Source: an uncultured Gemmatimonadales bacterium (lineage in GTDB: Bacteria; Gemmatimonadota; Gemmatimonadetes; Gemmatimonadales; GWC2-71-9). From it: DNA of 64,000 bases. The stretch's first letter is position 1, and every line of letters begins with the position of its first letter. Below the pieces are notes generated by a model that made no database searches, was not told where the DNA came from, and saw only the letters and a program-made list of their open reading frames with translations. The position numbers and the translations under genes are program-made. The stretch covers positions 64,001-128,000 of the forward strand of contig CAWGSK010000009.1 in assembly GCA_963825055.1 (NCBI GenBank). Direction: 5' to 3'. Positions 27,792 to 36,105 of the stretch are shown here, piece after piece.

Positions 27792-29002
27792 GCGACGCGA
27801 TCTACGAGCAGCTCCGCGCGGCGCTCGGCGAGTCGGCCGTGACTCGCGAGGGCGACGGCTGCCCGGCCGCGCAACCGGACACCACCGAGGGCGTGGCGCG
27901 CGCCTGCCGGATGGCGCACGAAGAGGGATGGCGGATCCGCATCGAAGGACGCGGCACCTGGCTGCCGCTCGATGCGCCGTGCGACATGGTCCTGCGGCTC
28001 CGGGCCCTGAGTCGCGTCGTGAGCGTCAGCCCCGAGGACCTGGTCACTACGGTGGAAGCGGGCGCGCCGCTCGACGCCGTCGGACACCGGCTCGCGGACC
28101 GCGGGATGTGGCTCGCCCTCGATCCCCCCGGCCGGCCCGACCGCTCCCTCGGGTCGATCGTCGCGACGGCCACGGCGGGTCCCTCGCGCCTTGGCTTCGG
28201 CTCCATCCGCGATCACGTCCTCGGCTGCACGGTCGTCACCGGGGACGGTCGGATCATCCGCGCCGGGGGACGCGTCGTGAAGAATGTGGCGGGCTACGAT
28301 CTCACCCGGCTCCAGGTGGGCGCCTTCGGCGGGTTCGGCGTCATTACCGAACTGCACTGCCGGCTCCGCGCCCTGCCCCGGGCCGACCGCACGCTCCTGG
28401 CGCGCGGCCGGCGGGACACGCTCCTGGCACTGGCGCGCGATGTGATCGAGGCGGGGCTGAGTCCTGCCGCCCTGGAGTTGCTCTCGCCCGCCATCGCCGC
28501 CGAGGCCGACTGGGTACTCGCGGCCCGCTTCCAGGGAGGCGCTGGGGCCGTGGGTGATGACGTCCGCGCCATCCCCGGCGCCGCGGATATCGCCTGGGAC
28601 GCTCTGGCGCCCGAGCGCAGCAGCGCATTCTGGGCGCTCGTGGCCCGTGCCATGGCGGGCGGCACGGTCACCATCCGCCTGGCCGCTCTTGCCGACGGCC
28701 TATACGACCTGCTCGACCTCATCGCACACGACCTGGACGAAGACCTGGTCTCCGCCGGGTGTGGCGATGGCACGGTTCGCTGGACCGGCGCCGCGCCCCC
28801 GGAACGCATCATCGCGCTGCGCCATGCGGCGGCAGCGCGTGAGGTTCCCCTTACCCTCGAGCGCGCCGACTGGGACGTACGGTCGGCGGTGGGGCACTTC
28901 GGGGCCTACCGCGAACACGTCGGCGGCATTGTCGAGCGCCTCCGTGCCAGCTTCGACCCCGGCGGCCGCTTCAGCGTCGCCCTAAGCGCAGGGGAGTCGT
29001 GA
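27788..29002 (+). CDS. glcE: Glycolate oxidase FAD-binding subunit
   Basis: LDPP, GGRVVKNVAGYDL and FDP C-terminus; located between glcD and glcF. Confidence 0.85.
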   Translation: MSDAIYEQLRAALGESAVTREGDGCPAAQPDTTEGVARACRMAHEEGWRIRIEGRGTWLPLDAPCDMVLRLRALSRVVSVSPEDLVTTVEAGAPLDAVGHRLADRGMWLALDPPGRPDRSLGSIVATATAGPSRLGFGSIRDHVLGCTVVTGDGRIIRAGGRVVKNVAGYDLTRLQVGAFGGFGVITELHCRLRALPRADRTLLARGRRDTLLALARDVIEAGLSPAALELLSPAIAAEADWVLAARFQGGAGAVGDDVRAIPGAADIAWDALAPERSSAFWALVARAMAGGTVTIRLAALADGLYDLLDLIAHDLDEDLVSAGCGDGTVRWTGAAPPERIIALRHAAAAREVPLTLERADWDVRSAVGHFGAYREHVGGIVERLRASFDPGGRFSVALSAGES

Positions 29003-30264
29003 GCGCATTCGCGGGCCTGGACCCCTGTGTCCACTGTGGATTCTGCCTCAGCGCATGCCCCACTTATCTCGCCACGGGGGACGAGGCGGACAGCCCGCGT
29101 GGCAGGATCGTGCTGATGCGTGCGCTCGAGCGCGGCGAAATTCCCGCCATCGATCCTGCCCTCAACGCCCACCTCGACGCCTGCCTGGGCTGCCGCGGCT
29201 GTGAGCCGGCCTGCCCCTCGGGCGTGGCCTACGGACAGGGCCTGGAGGCGGCGAGAGCGCTGCTCATGACCCGCCGCGGGCTGCCCACCCGGGCGCGCGT
29301 GATGCTCGCCGTCTTCGCCCATGCCTGGCTCCATCGTCCGCTCCTCGCAATGGCACGATGGATCCGAGGTGCGGGCCGGCGTCTGGCGTCGAAGCCTGGA
29401 AGCCCGGGGTTCGCACTCGGCATGCTGGCCGCCACCCGGCCCGTCACGGCGGCCTCCGACGAGGCCGACACCGGACTGGAGTTGAACCGGGGCACGGTTG
29501 CGCTCTTCCGGGGCTGCGTCATGGACGGCCTGTTCGGGCACGTGCACGCTGCCACCCGTCGTGTGCTGGAGGCCAACGGCTATTCCGTGGTGGAGGTCGA
29601 GGGGCAGGTCTGCTGTGGGGCGCTCCATCTTCACGCCGGCGATACCGGCTCCGCCCGCCGGCTCGCCGAAACGAACATGGCCGCCTTCCTGCCGGAAACC
29701 GACTGGATCGTCGTGAACAGCGCCGGCTGCGGAGCCATGCTTCGCGAACTCCCCCGCCTGCTGGACGCCCCGGCTGCAGCGCGTTTCTCCGCGCGCGTGC
29801 GGGACGTCAGCGAACTCCTCGCGGCGGCAGGGCCCCGTCGCGGTGCAGCACTTCCGTTCCGGGTTCTCTACGACGCCCCGTGCCACCTCCAGCACGCCCA
29901 GGGCGTCCATGCCGAGGTCCTTCAGGTCCTGGGCGCCGTTCCAGGTCTCCAGCTGGTTACGCACGAAGGGGCCGACCAGTGCTGCGGCGCCGCGGGGATC
30001 TACTCCATCCTGCAGCCTGGAATGTCGGAGGCCGTCCTCGAGCGGAAGATCGACGCGATCCGGGCGGTGGACCCCGCGCCGGACCTTGTCCTCACCGGCA
30101 ATCCGGGGTGCCTGATGCAGATCGGGGCGGGCCTTCTGTCCGCCGACCTGCCGACCCGCGTGGCGCACCCGGTCGAGGCCCTGGACTGGTCCTACCGGGC
30201 CGCAGGGTATTACGGTACGCCGAAACGCCACGCGCAACCGGGAGCGGAAGCAGGGAATGCCTGA
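28999..30264 (+). CDS. glcF: Glycolate oxidase iron-sulfur subunit
   Basis: CVHCGFCLSACP, CLGCRGCEPACP, two CCG motifs and NPGC. Confidence 0.9.
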   Translation: MSAFAGLDPCVHCGFCLSACPTYLATGDEADSPRGRIVLMRALERGEIPAIDPALNAHLDACLGCRGCEPACPSGVAYGQGLEAARALLMTRRGLPTRARVMLAVFAHAWLHRPLLAMARWIRGAGRRLASKPGSPGFALGMLAATRPVTAASDEADTGLELNRGTVALFRGCVMDGLFGHVHAATRRVLEANGYSVVEVEGQVCCGALHLHAGDTGSARRLAETNMAAFLPETDWIVVNSAGCGAMLRELPRLLDAPAAARFSARVRDVSELLAAAGPRRGAALPFRVLYDAPCHLQHAQGVHAEVLQVLGAVPGLQLVTHEGADQCCGAAGIYSILQPGMSEAVLERKIDAIRAVDPAPDLVLTGNPGCLMQIGAGLLSADLPTRVAHPVEALDWSYRAAGYYGTPKRHAQPGAEAGNA

Positions 30265-30916
30265 GGCAATTCTGTTCGACTTCAACGGCGTCATCGTTGA
30301 CGATGAGCGCCAGCACTGCGAGGCACTCGTGACTGCACTCGCTGAGGTGGGTATCCCGCTCGACAGTGCGGTGTACTGGCAGGACCACGTGGGCCTCCCG
30401 GACGAGGCCTGCGTTCGGCTCGCGTCCGAGGCCGCGCGTCACCGCCTGGAGGAAGACGCGCTGGAGCGCCTGCTCCAGCGCAAGCATGAGCTCTATGGTG
30501 CGGCCGTCGCAGCGGGCGTCGACCTGGTGCCTGGCCTGAAGGGGTTCCTCGAACGCGCCCGGAAGGCGGGAATGCGCCTGGCAGTGGTCTCGGGTTCGCG
30601 CCGTGAGGAGATTGACCAGTTGCTGGCGGCGCATGGCCTCGGCGATTTCTTCGAGGTGGTGATAGCGGCAGGTGATACGCGCGAGGGCAAACCCGACCCC
30701 ACCTGCTTTCTTCTCGCTTCCCACCGCCTGGGTGTGGCGCCCGGAGAATGTGTCGTGATCGAGGACTCCCTTCCCGGTATCGTGGCCGCGCGGGACGCCG
30801 GCATGGCCGTTGTCGCGCTCACGACGTCGCACGACCCGGCCCGGCTCTCCGCTGCCGACGTGGTCTGGGATGGCTATGCCGGCCAGGGTCCGGAGGACCT
30901 TCCCGCCCATGGCTGA
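30257..30916 (+). CDS. HAD family phosphatase (subfamily IA)
   Basis: FDFNGVIVD, KPDP and VIEDS..G motifs. Confidence 0.88.
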   Translation: MPEAILFDFNGVIVDDERQHCEALVTALAEVGIPLDSAVYWQDHVGLPDEACVRLASEAARHRLEEDALERLLQRKHELYGAAVAAGVDLVPGLKGFLERARKAGMRLAVVSGSRREEIDQLLAAHGLGDFFEVVIAAGDTREGKPDPTCFLLASHRLGVAPGECVVIEDSLPGIVAARDAGMAVVALTTSHDPARLSAADVVWDGYAGQGPEDLPAHG

Positions 30917-31901
30917 CGCGCCACTTGCCCTCGACGAGTTACGCCTGCGCCGGCTCCGCCAGCACGCGGTCGCAGTGCCCGGCGGACACGCGATCTTCGA
31001 AGTGGCAGGGGGCGGCGCGCTCGATTGCCTTCAGGGCCTGCTGACCAATGACCTCGTCCGTCCCGGCCCCGGCACGATGGTGCATGGCGCGCTGCTGACG
31101 CCGAAAGGCATGATCGTGGTGGATGCCTGGGTCCTGCGCATGGCCGAGCGGATCGTGCTGGTTATACCGGCGCACGGGCGGGAAGCCGCGCTCGGCATCT
31201 TTCGCCGGAGCCTTCCACCACGGCTTGCCACCGTGACTGACCGTACTGATTCGTGGGCTCCCATCCACCTCTATGGTGACGAGTCCTGGCTCGTGCTCGA
31301 GCAGGCCGGCCTCCCCATCCCTTCCGCGGCCGGCCATCTGGTCGAGGCGTCCGGTGAGGACGGGGAATCGGTATACGTAACCGCGTGCCCCCCGGCACTG
31401 GCTCCCTTCCGGGCCATGCTGTTGTCCCCGGCAGCCGGGCTCGATGACTTCATGGCGACGCTCAAGTCCGCCGGGGCCGAGCCGGGCTCCGGAACCGACG
31501 CCGAAGCGGCACGGATCATGGCCGGCTGGCCGGGACTTGGAGCGGAGATCGGCGAGAAGACACTCCCTCAGGAGGTCCGGTTCGACGAGATGGGCAGTGT
31601 GTCCTACACGAAGGGATGCTACACCGGACAGGAGACCGTGGCCCGGGTCCACTTCCGCGGACATCCCAACCGGGAACTGCGGGGGCTGGTCTGGGATGAC
31701 CCTGATCCACTCGTGGGCGACACGGTGGAAACGGGCGACCGGGTGGTCGGAACCATCGGGTCGACACTCGCCCTCCCCCGGCGGAGGCTGGGACTTTCCT
31801 CCATCCGGCGTGAGGTCGAAACGGGACAGACGGTGAGCGCCGGAGGGCGGCAGGCCCTGGTGGTGCCTCTCCCGTTCCCTGAGGCACTCATCGACGACTG
31901 A
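30909..31901 (+). CDS. ygfZ: Folate-binding Fe-S repair protein YgfZ/GcvT-like
   Basis: LQGLLTND, LTPKG and KGCYTGQE signature. Confidence 0.88.
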   Translation: MADAPLALDELRLRRLRQHAVAVPGGHAIFEVAGGGALDCLQGLLTNDLVRPGPGTMVHGALLTPKGMIVVDAWVLRMAERIVLVIPAHGREAALGIFRRSLPPRLATVTDRTDSWAPIHLYGDESWLVLEQAGLPIPSAAGHLVEASGEDGESVYVTACPPALAPFRAMLLSPAAGLDDFMATLKSAGAEPGSGTDAEAARIMAGWPGLGAEIGEKTLPQEVRFDEMGSVSYTKGCYTGQETVARVHFRGHPNRELRGLVWDDPDPLVGDTVETGDRVVGTIGSTLALPRRRLGLSSIRREVETGQTVSAGGRQALVVPLPFPEALIDD

Positions 31902-31914
31902 CCGGAAAACAACA

Positions 31915-31936
31915 GGCCCCGCCACAAGGCGGGGCC
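31915..31936. terminator. Likely bidirectional intrinsic terminator
   Basis: GGCCCCGCC-ACAA-GGCGGGGCC stem with an A-rich left flank and CTTCTT right flank, between convergent genes. Confidence 0.75.
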
Positions 31937-31974
31937 CTTCTTCCTGCGGATGGCCCCCTCGGGCCGGCGGCCGC

Positions 31975-32163
31975 TCAGTTGGGCGCCATCGCTCCCGAAT
32001 CGTGCGCCATGGTGGTGTCCATCATCGTGGTATCCATCATGGGGGTGTTGTTCATCGGGGTCGTTTCCATCATCGCCGATGAATCAGCCATCGGGGCCTC
32101 TTCAGCCTTTTTCTCGCAGCCTACGAGCACCAGTACAGCCGCCAGAGCCAGAACCTTCCGCAT
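31975..32163 (-). CDS. 62-aa Met-rich lipoprotein
   Basis: MRKVLALAAVLVLVG|C lipobox, GAGGAG RBS, and a mature part with MMDTT-type repeats. Confidence 0.82.
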   Translation of the reverse strand: MRKVLALAAVLVLVGCEKKAEEAPMADSSAMMETTPMNNTPMMDTTMMDTTMAHDSGAMAPN

Positions 32164-32224
32164 ACATACTCCTCGCCAGGGGATTGGATGAGCGCCGCAT
32201 CCCGCCACAGAACGCGGGCGCTAC

Positions 32225-32252
32225 AACCTACGGTCGCGCCGGGGATTGTCAA
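32225..32252 (-). promoter_or_regulatory. Putative sigma70 promoter of the small lipoprotein
   Basis: Minus-strand TTGACA-16 bp-TAGGTT. Confidence 0.45.
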
Positions 32253-32364
32253 GCAAGAGGGGTCCCCGCCTGCCGCGGCGTGCGGACGGGACTAGCTTCC
32301 AGACAGGCATCATCATATGGGAGTGACGCACCGAACGGCTGAAGAAATTCCGAAGGAGCAGGAA

Positions 32365-33831
32365 ATGACGTATCCCGTTACGCTGGGTGAACTTAAGCAA
32401 TCTCCGTGGGGCCATGCCCCCCTTCGCGGCCGGTCGGTCAGGCAGGAGCTCCGCAGCAACCTGATTCGCATGATGCAGTCGGGAGAGGAGCTGTTTCCGG
32501 GCATCGTCGGGTACGACGATACGATCCTCCCACAGTTGATCCATGCGATGCTCTCGCGGCACCATTTCATCCTCCTGGGGCTCCGCGGTCAGGCCAAGAG
32601 CCGGATTCTCCGGTCCCTGGTCCGCTTCCTGGACGATGCCATCCCGGTAGTCGCGGGAAGCGAGGTCAACGACGATCCGTTCGCACCGATCTCGCGCTTC
32701 GCCCGCGACCGCATCGACGAATGCGGCGACGCGACAAGCATCGACTGGCTGCCGCGCGACGCGCGCTATGTCGAGAAGCTCGCCACGCCGGACGTCACCA
32801 TCGCCGATATCATTGGCGACGTCGACCCCATCAAGGCCGCCCGGGGCGGCCATCTGCTCTCCGATGAACTCAGCATGCACTTCGGCCTGCTGCCCCGCGC
32901 CAACCGCGGCATCTTCGCCATCAATGAGCTGCCGGACCTGAGCGGCAAGATCCAGGTCGGCCTGTTCAACATCATGCAGGAAGGCGACGTCCAGATCAAA
33001 GGCTACCCGGTGCGGCTCGCGCTCGATGTCCTGCTCGCCTTCACGGCCAACCCGGAGGACTACACGGCCCGCGGCAAGATCATCACGCCGTTGAAGGACC
33101 GGATCGGGAGCGAGATCATGACGCACTATCCGCGGTCCGTGGACCTCGGCATGGCGATCACCCGGCAGGAGTCCTGGACGGACCGCGCCGCCAACGGCGG
33201 GCCGGCGGTACGTATTCCACCGTTCATCGCCGAGGCCGTGGAACGGATCGCATTCGAGGGACGGGAGGACCCGCGCATCGACCGCCGGAGCGGTGTGAGC
33301 CAGCGGCTGCCGATCGCCGTGCTCGAAAACGCCGTAAGCAGCGCCGAGCGGCGCGCCCTCTCCTGCGACGAAGCGGAGGCCGTGCCCCGGATCAGCGACG
33401 TATACGCGGCGATCCCGGCCATCACCGGGAAGCTCGAGCTGGAATACGAGGGCGAACTGCAGGGCGGAGACACCATCGCCCGCGAGCTGATCCGGCGGGC
33501 GGCGGGCGGTGTCATGCAGCAGCATTTTCCCGAAGCTGACTTCGACCCCGTCGTGCGGTGGTTCGACGAGGGCGGCGCACTCAGGATCGAATCCGACTCC
33601 GGGAGCCGGGTCTGCCTCCAGGCGTTCGACCAGGTACCGGCGCTGGTGGACCTCGTGAAGGCCTCGGGTATCGCGAAGCCGGAGGACCCGGGAGCGATGG
33701 TGGGAGCGTGCGAGCTGGTGCTGGAAGGGCTCGCCTTCCAGAAGCGAATCACCCGGAGTGAAGAACTCGGCTACACCCGCGCCCGTCCCCAGCGCCGGGA
33801 GCCACCGGGCTACGGGTTCGACAAGGCCTGA
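32365..33831 (+). CDS. ChlI/MoxR-like AAA+ ATPase (the 'magnesium chelatase'-annotated family that partners VWA proteins)
   Basis: GLRGQAKS Walker A variant, YVEKLATPD, FAINELPDL and ANPEDYT.RG.IITPLKDR. Confidence 0.85.
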   Translation: MTYPVTLGELKQSPWGHAPLRGRSVRQELRSNLIRMMQSGEELFPGIVGYDDTILPQLIHAMLSRHHFILLGLRGQAKSRILRSLVRFLDDAIPVVAGSEVNDDPFAPISRFARDRIDECGDATSIDWLPRDARYVEKLATPDVTIADIIGDVDPIKAARGGHLLSDELSMHFGLLPRANRGIFAINELPDLSGKIQVGLFNIMQEGDVQIKGYPVRLALDVLLAFTANPEDYTARGKIITPLKDRIGSEIMTHYPRSVDLGMAITRQESWTDRAANGGPAVRIPPFIAEAVERIAFEGREDPRIDRRSGVSQRLPIAVLENAVSSAERRALSCDEAEAVPRISDVYAAIPAITGKLELEYEGELQGGDTIARELIRRAAGGVMQQHFPEADFDPVVRWFDEGGALRIESDSGSRVCLQAFDQVPALVDLVKASGIAKPEDPGAMVGACELVLEGLAFQKRITRSEELGYTRARPQRREPPGYGFDKA

Positions 33832-33840
33832 CCAGCCTCC

Positions 33841-35109
33841 TCACCGAAAGGTGCCGGGACTCACCTCATACACACGGTGGTATTGACCGGCGGCCTCCTC
33901 CGGCGCCCAGAAGCCGAGTTGTTCCGTCCACCGGTGCGTCTGCAGGCGACGGCCGTTCAGCGTCAGGAATCCGGCGGCACGCCCGGTAACTACCCCCATG
34001 CGGCCGAGATCACGCAAGCCGCGGAACGCCGTCTGGCGCCGGGTGTCCACAATGCGCCGGGCGCTCCCCGGCCCGATCCCCGGCACGCGCAGCAGCTCCT
34101 CGTACGAGGCTGTCCTGACCTCCACCGGGAACCGCTCGGGGTTGGCGAGTGCCCACGTGGCCTTGGGGTCGGCGGACAGCGGCAGGTTTCCCTCGTCGTC
34201 GTAGACCACTTCCTCCGCGCCGAATCCATAGTCCCGCATGAGGTGATCCGCCTGGTAGAGCCGGTGCTCCCGGAGCGCCGGGGCCGCCGGTTTCTCTTCC
34301 ATGGGCGTCCGGCTGATCGGCCGAAAGGCACTGAACTGCGAATGGTGCATCCCGCCGCCATCGTAGAATCCCCGCACGGTGTTCAGGATGGTGCGATCTG
34401 TGTCTCCCGTGGCGCCCACCACGAACTGCATCGTCATGCCCGCCACGCCCCCGGGGTGGAACGGGTCACGCGGCCGGCCGTGCCGCTCTTCCGCACGGTT
34501 CCGGTTGACCAGTGCCCGGGCGGATTCCAGCGCGGAGACGGCCGTCGCCAGCCTCTTCTCCGGTGCGATCTGCGTGAGTGTGGCCCCGCACGGCGTCTCC
34601 AGGTTGATGGAAACGCGGGAGGCCAGTGCGGTGATCCGCTCGATCTGCGCGGGCTCGGCGCCGGGCACGATCTTCACGTGGATGTACCCGCGGAAATGGT
34701 GGCGCTCGCGGATCAGCTCCAGGGCCGTGATCAGGTCATCCATCACCTTCACCGGCCGGCCTGGAATGCCGGTGGTCAGAAAGAGCCCGTCACACCACCC
34801 GCGGGCCAGCGCTCCCATGAAAATCCGGACCAGCTCCTCGGGCTTGAGCAGGGTCCTCGGCATGTCCCGGTCCCGCCGCATGGGGCAGTAATGACAATTG
34901 AAGCTGCATGCGTTGGTCATGAGGATGCGGAGGAGACGCCGCTTGCCGCTGCCCACCCGGAGGTTCCGGATGTTCAGGGGCCCGAGGGAGCCGGATTTGC
35001 CGGCATGCCGGAGCCTGGGAGGCAGAGGACGGTCAGAAGCCGACTCCCGATCGTCCTGCGCCAGGGTCATGAGGAGGTGGAGACGGGATTCGAGGCTGGG
35101 AGAACGCAC
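33841..35109 (-). CDS. Putative DNA modification/repair radical SAM protein with C-terminal HhH
   Basis: LMTNACSFNCHYC (CxxxCxxC), FRGYIHVKIVPG, REHRLYQAD and LLRVPGIGP motifs. Confidence 0.9.
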   Translation of the reverse strand: MRSPSLESRLHLLMTLAQDDRESASDRPLPPRLRHAGKSGSLGPLNIRNLRVGSGKRRLLRILMTNACSFNCHYCPMRRDRDMPRTLLKPEELVRIFMGALARGWCDGLFLTTGIPGRPVKVMDDLITALELIRERHHFRGYIHVKIVPGAEPAQIERITALASRVSINLETPCGATLTQIAPEKRLATAVSALESARALVNRNRAEERHGRPRDPFHPGGVAGMTMQFVVGATGDTDRTILNTVRGFYDGGGMHHSQFSAFRPISRTPMEEKPAAPALREHRLYQADHLMRDYGFGAEEVVYDDEGNLPLSADPKATWALANPERFPVEVRTASYEELLRVPGIGPGSARRIVDTRRQTAFRGLRDLGRMGVVTGRAAGFLTLNGRRLQTHRWTEQLGFWAPEEAAGQYHRVYEVSPGTFR

Positions 35110-35135
35110 GGCAAGCTCCGGCTGGTCGGTGGATC

Positions 35136-35164
35136 AGTATACCGAACAAACGCCGAAGATGCAA
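35136..35164 (-). promoter_or_regulatory. Near-consensus sigma70 promoter with a direct-repeat operator in the spacer (SOS-box candidate)
   Basis: Minus-strand TTGCAT-17 bp-TATACT; the spacer holds CCGAA-N6-CCGAA (GAAC-N7-GAAG). Confidence 0.65.
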
Positions 35165-35175
35165 GTCGAGGACAG

Positions 35176-35335
35176 GGCGGACAGGCGGACAGGCGGACAG
35201 GCAGACAGAGCGGACAGGCGGACAGGCGGACAGGCGGACAGGCGGACAGGCGGACAGGCGGACAGGCGGACAGGCGGACAGGCGGACAGGCGGACAGGCG
35301 GACAGGCGGACAGGCGGACAGGCGGACAGGCGGAC
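35176..35335. repeat. Tandem octamer array (GGCGGACA) x about 20
   Basis: 3 perfect units, 2 variant units, 14 perfect units (35217-35328) and 1 partial unit. Confidence 0.98.
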
Positions 35336-35346
35336 CGAAGCTAGTG

Positions 35347-35377
35347 ACTCAACCACTCAACCACTCAACCACTCAAC
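35347..35377. repeat. Tandem octamer array (ACTCAACC) x about 4
   Basis: ACTCAACC ACTCAACC ACTCAACC ACTCAAC. Confidence 0.92.
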
Positions 35378-35378
35378 G

Positions 35379-35406
35379 ACCCGATTCCCGACACCCGATT
35401 CCCGGC
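35379..35406. repeat. Tandem heptamer array (NCCCGAN) x4
   Basis: ACCCGAT TCCCGAC ACCCGAT TCCCGGC, ending 1 nt before the stop codon of the kinase-like gene. Confidence 0.85.
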
Positions 35407-35407
35407 A

Positions 35408-36028
35408 CTAACACCACCCCAACTGCCTCGCCCGCTCCACGATCACCCCTGCTGCCCCATCCCATCCGAGCGCACCGGTGTTGATCACGAGGTGGTACAC
35501 GGCGGGATCCGCCCAGTCCCGGTCGTAGTACTCCCGGTGGTAACGCCGCCGGTTTTCGTCCATCTCGTCCACCTTCTTCCCCGCTGCTTCCTCATCGCAG
35601 GAGAGGCGCCGTACGACTTCGTGAATCCGGTGCTGCCGCGGAGCCACCACCCGCACATGAATCGCATCGATCTCGCTCGAGAGCACCGCCGGCGTCGCCC
35701 GCCCGACCATCACCACCTTCCCCTGCCTCGCGATCTCCTGCACCACAGTCTCCGTGATCCGCACCAGCTTCGGCTCGTCAATTTCCTCCACCGGTGTCCG
35801 TGCCAGGTACACGTATTCCGGCGAGGCCACCAGCGCGCGGGCCAGGCGCTGGATGAAGGTCGGGCCCTTCTCTTCCCGCTCGGCCACTTCCTGGGCAGAC
35901 ACGCCTGCCCGCGCCGCCACCGCCTCGATCAGTTCATTGTCCACGACCGACCAGCCCAGGGCCTCAGCTACGCGCTGCGCCACCTGGGAGCCGCCGGCGC
36001 CGAATTCGCGGGAAATAGTTATGAGCAT
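35408..36028 (-). CDS. Cytidylate kinase-like family protein
   Basis: ITISREFGAGG, VMVGR and W.DP..YHLVINT motifs. Confidence 0.9.
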   Translation of the reverse strand: MLITISREFGAGGSQVAQRVAEALGWSVVDNELIEAVAARAGVSAQEVAEREEKGPTFIQRLARALVASPEYVYLARTPVEEIDEPKLVRITETVVQEIARQGKVVMVGRATPAVLSSEIDAIHVRVVAPRQHRIHEVVRRLSCDEEAAGKKVDEMDENRRRYHREYYDRDWADPAVYHLVINTGALGWDGAAGVIVERARQLGWC

Positions 36029-36035
36029 GAGGGCC

Positions 36036-36088
36036 AGGGAAGAGGGAATAGAGAGAAGGGACTAGATGACCTTTGCGGCCTTTGTGGT
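36036..36088. repeat. Degenerate heptamer (AGGGAAN x4) plus nonamer repeats
   Basis: AGGGAAG AGGGAAT AGAGAGA AGGGACT, then GACCTTTGC GGCCTTTGT. Confidence 0.5.
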
Positions 36089-36105
36089 GAGGCTGTTGCC
36101 GGCAC

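Noticed and set aside
32365..33831. True magnesium chelatase or photosynthesis gene, or a defective ATPase because of GQAKS and NE motifs
   Set aside because: No bch/chl genes are nearby, and these motif variants are typical of the VWA-associated ATPase family.
35176..35335. Possible CRISPR array
   Set aside because: The 8-bp units are contiguous, with no unique spacers and no cas genes.
34898..35356. ORFs encoding GGQADRRT or LSACPPVR peptide repeats
   Set aside because: They are by-products of a stop-free octamer array. They overlap the radical SAM gene and its promoter and lack credible starts.
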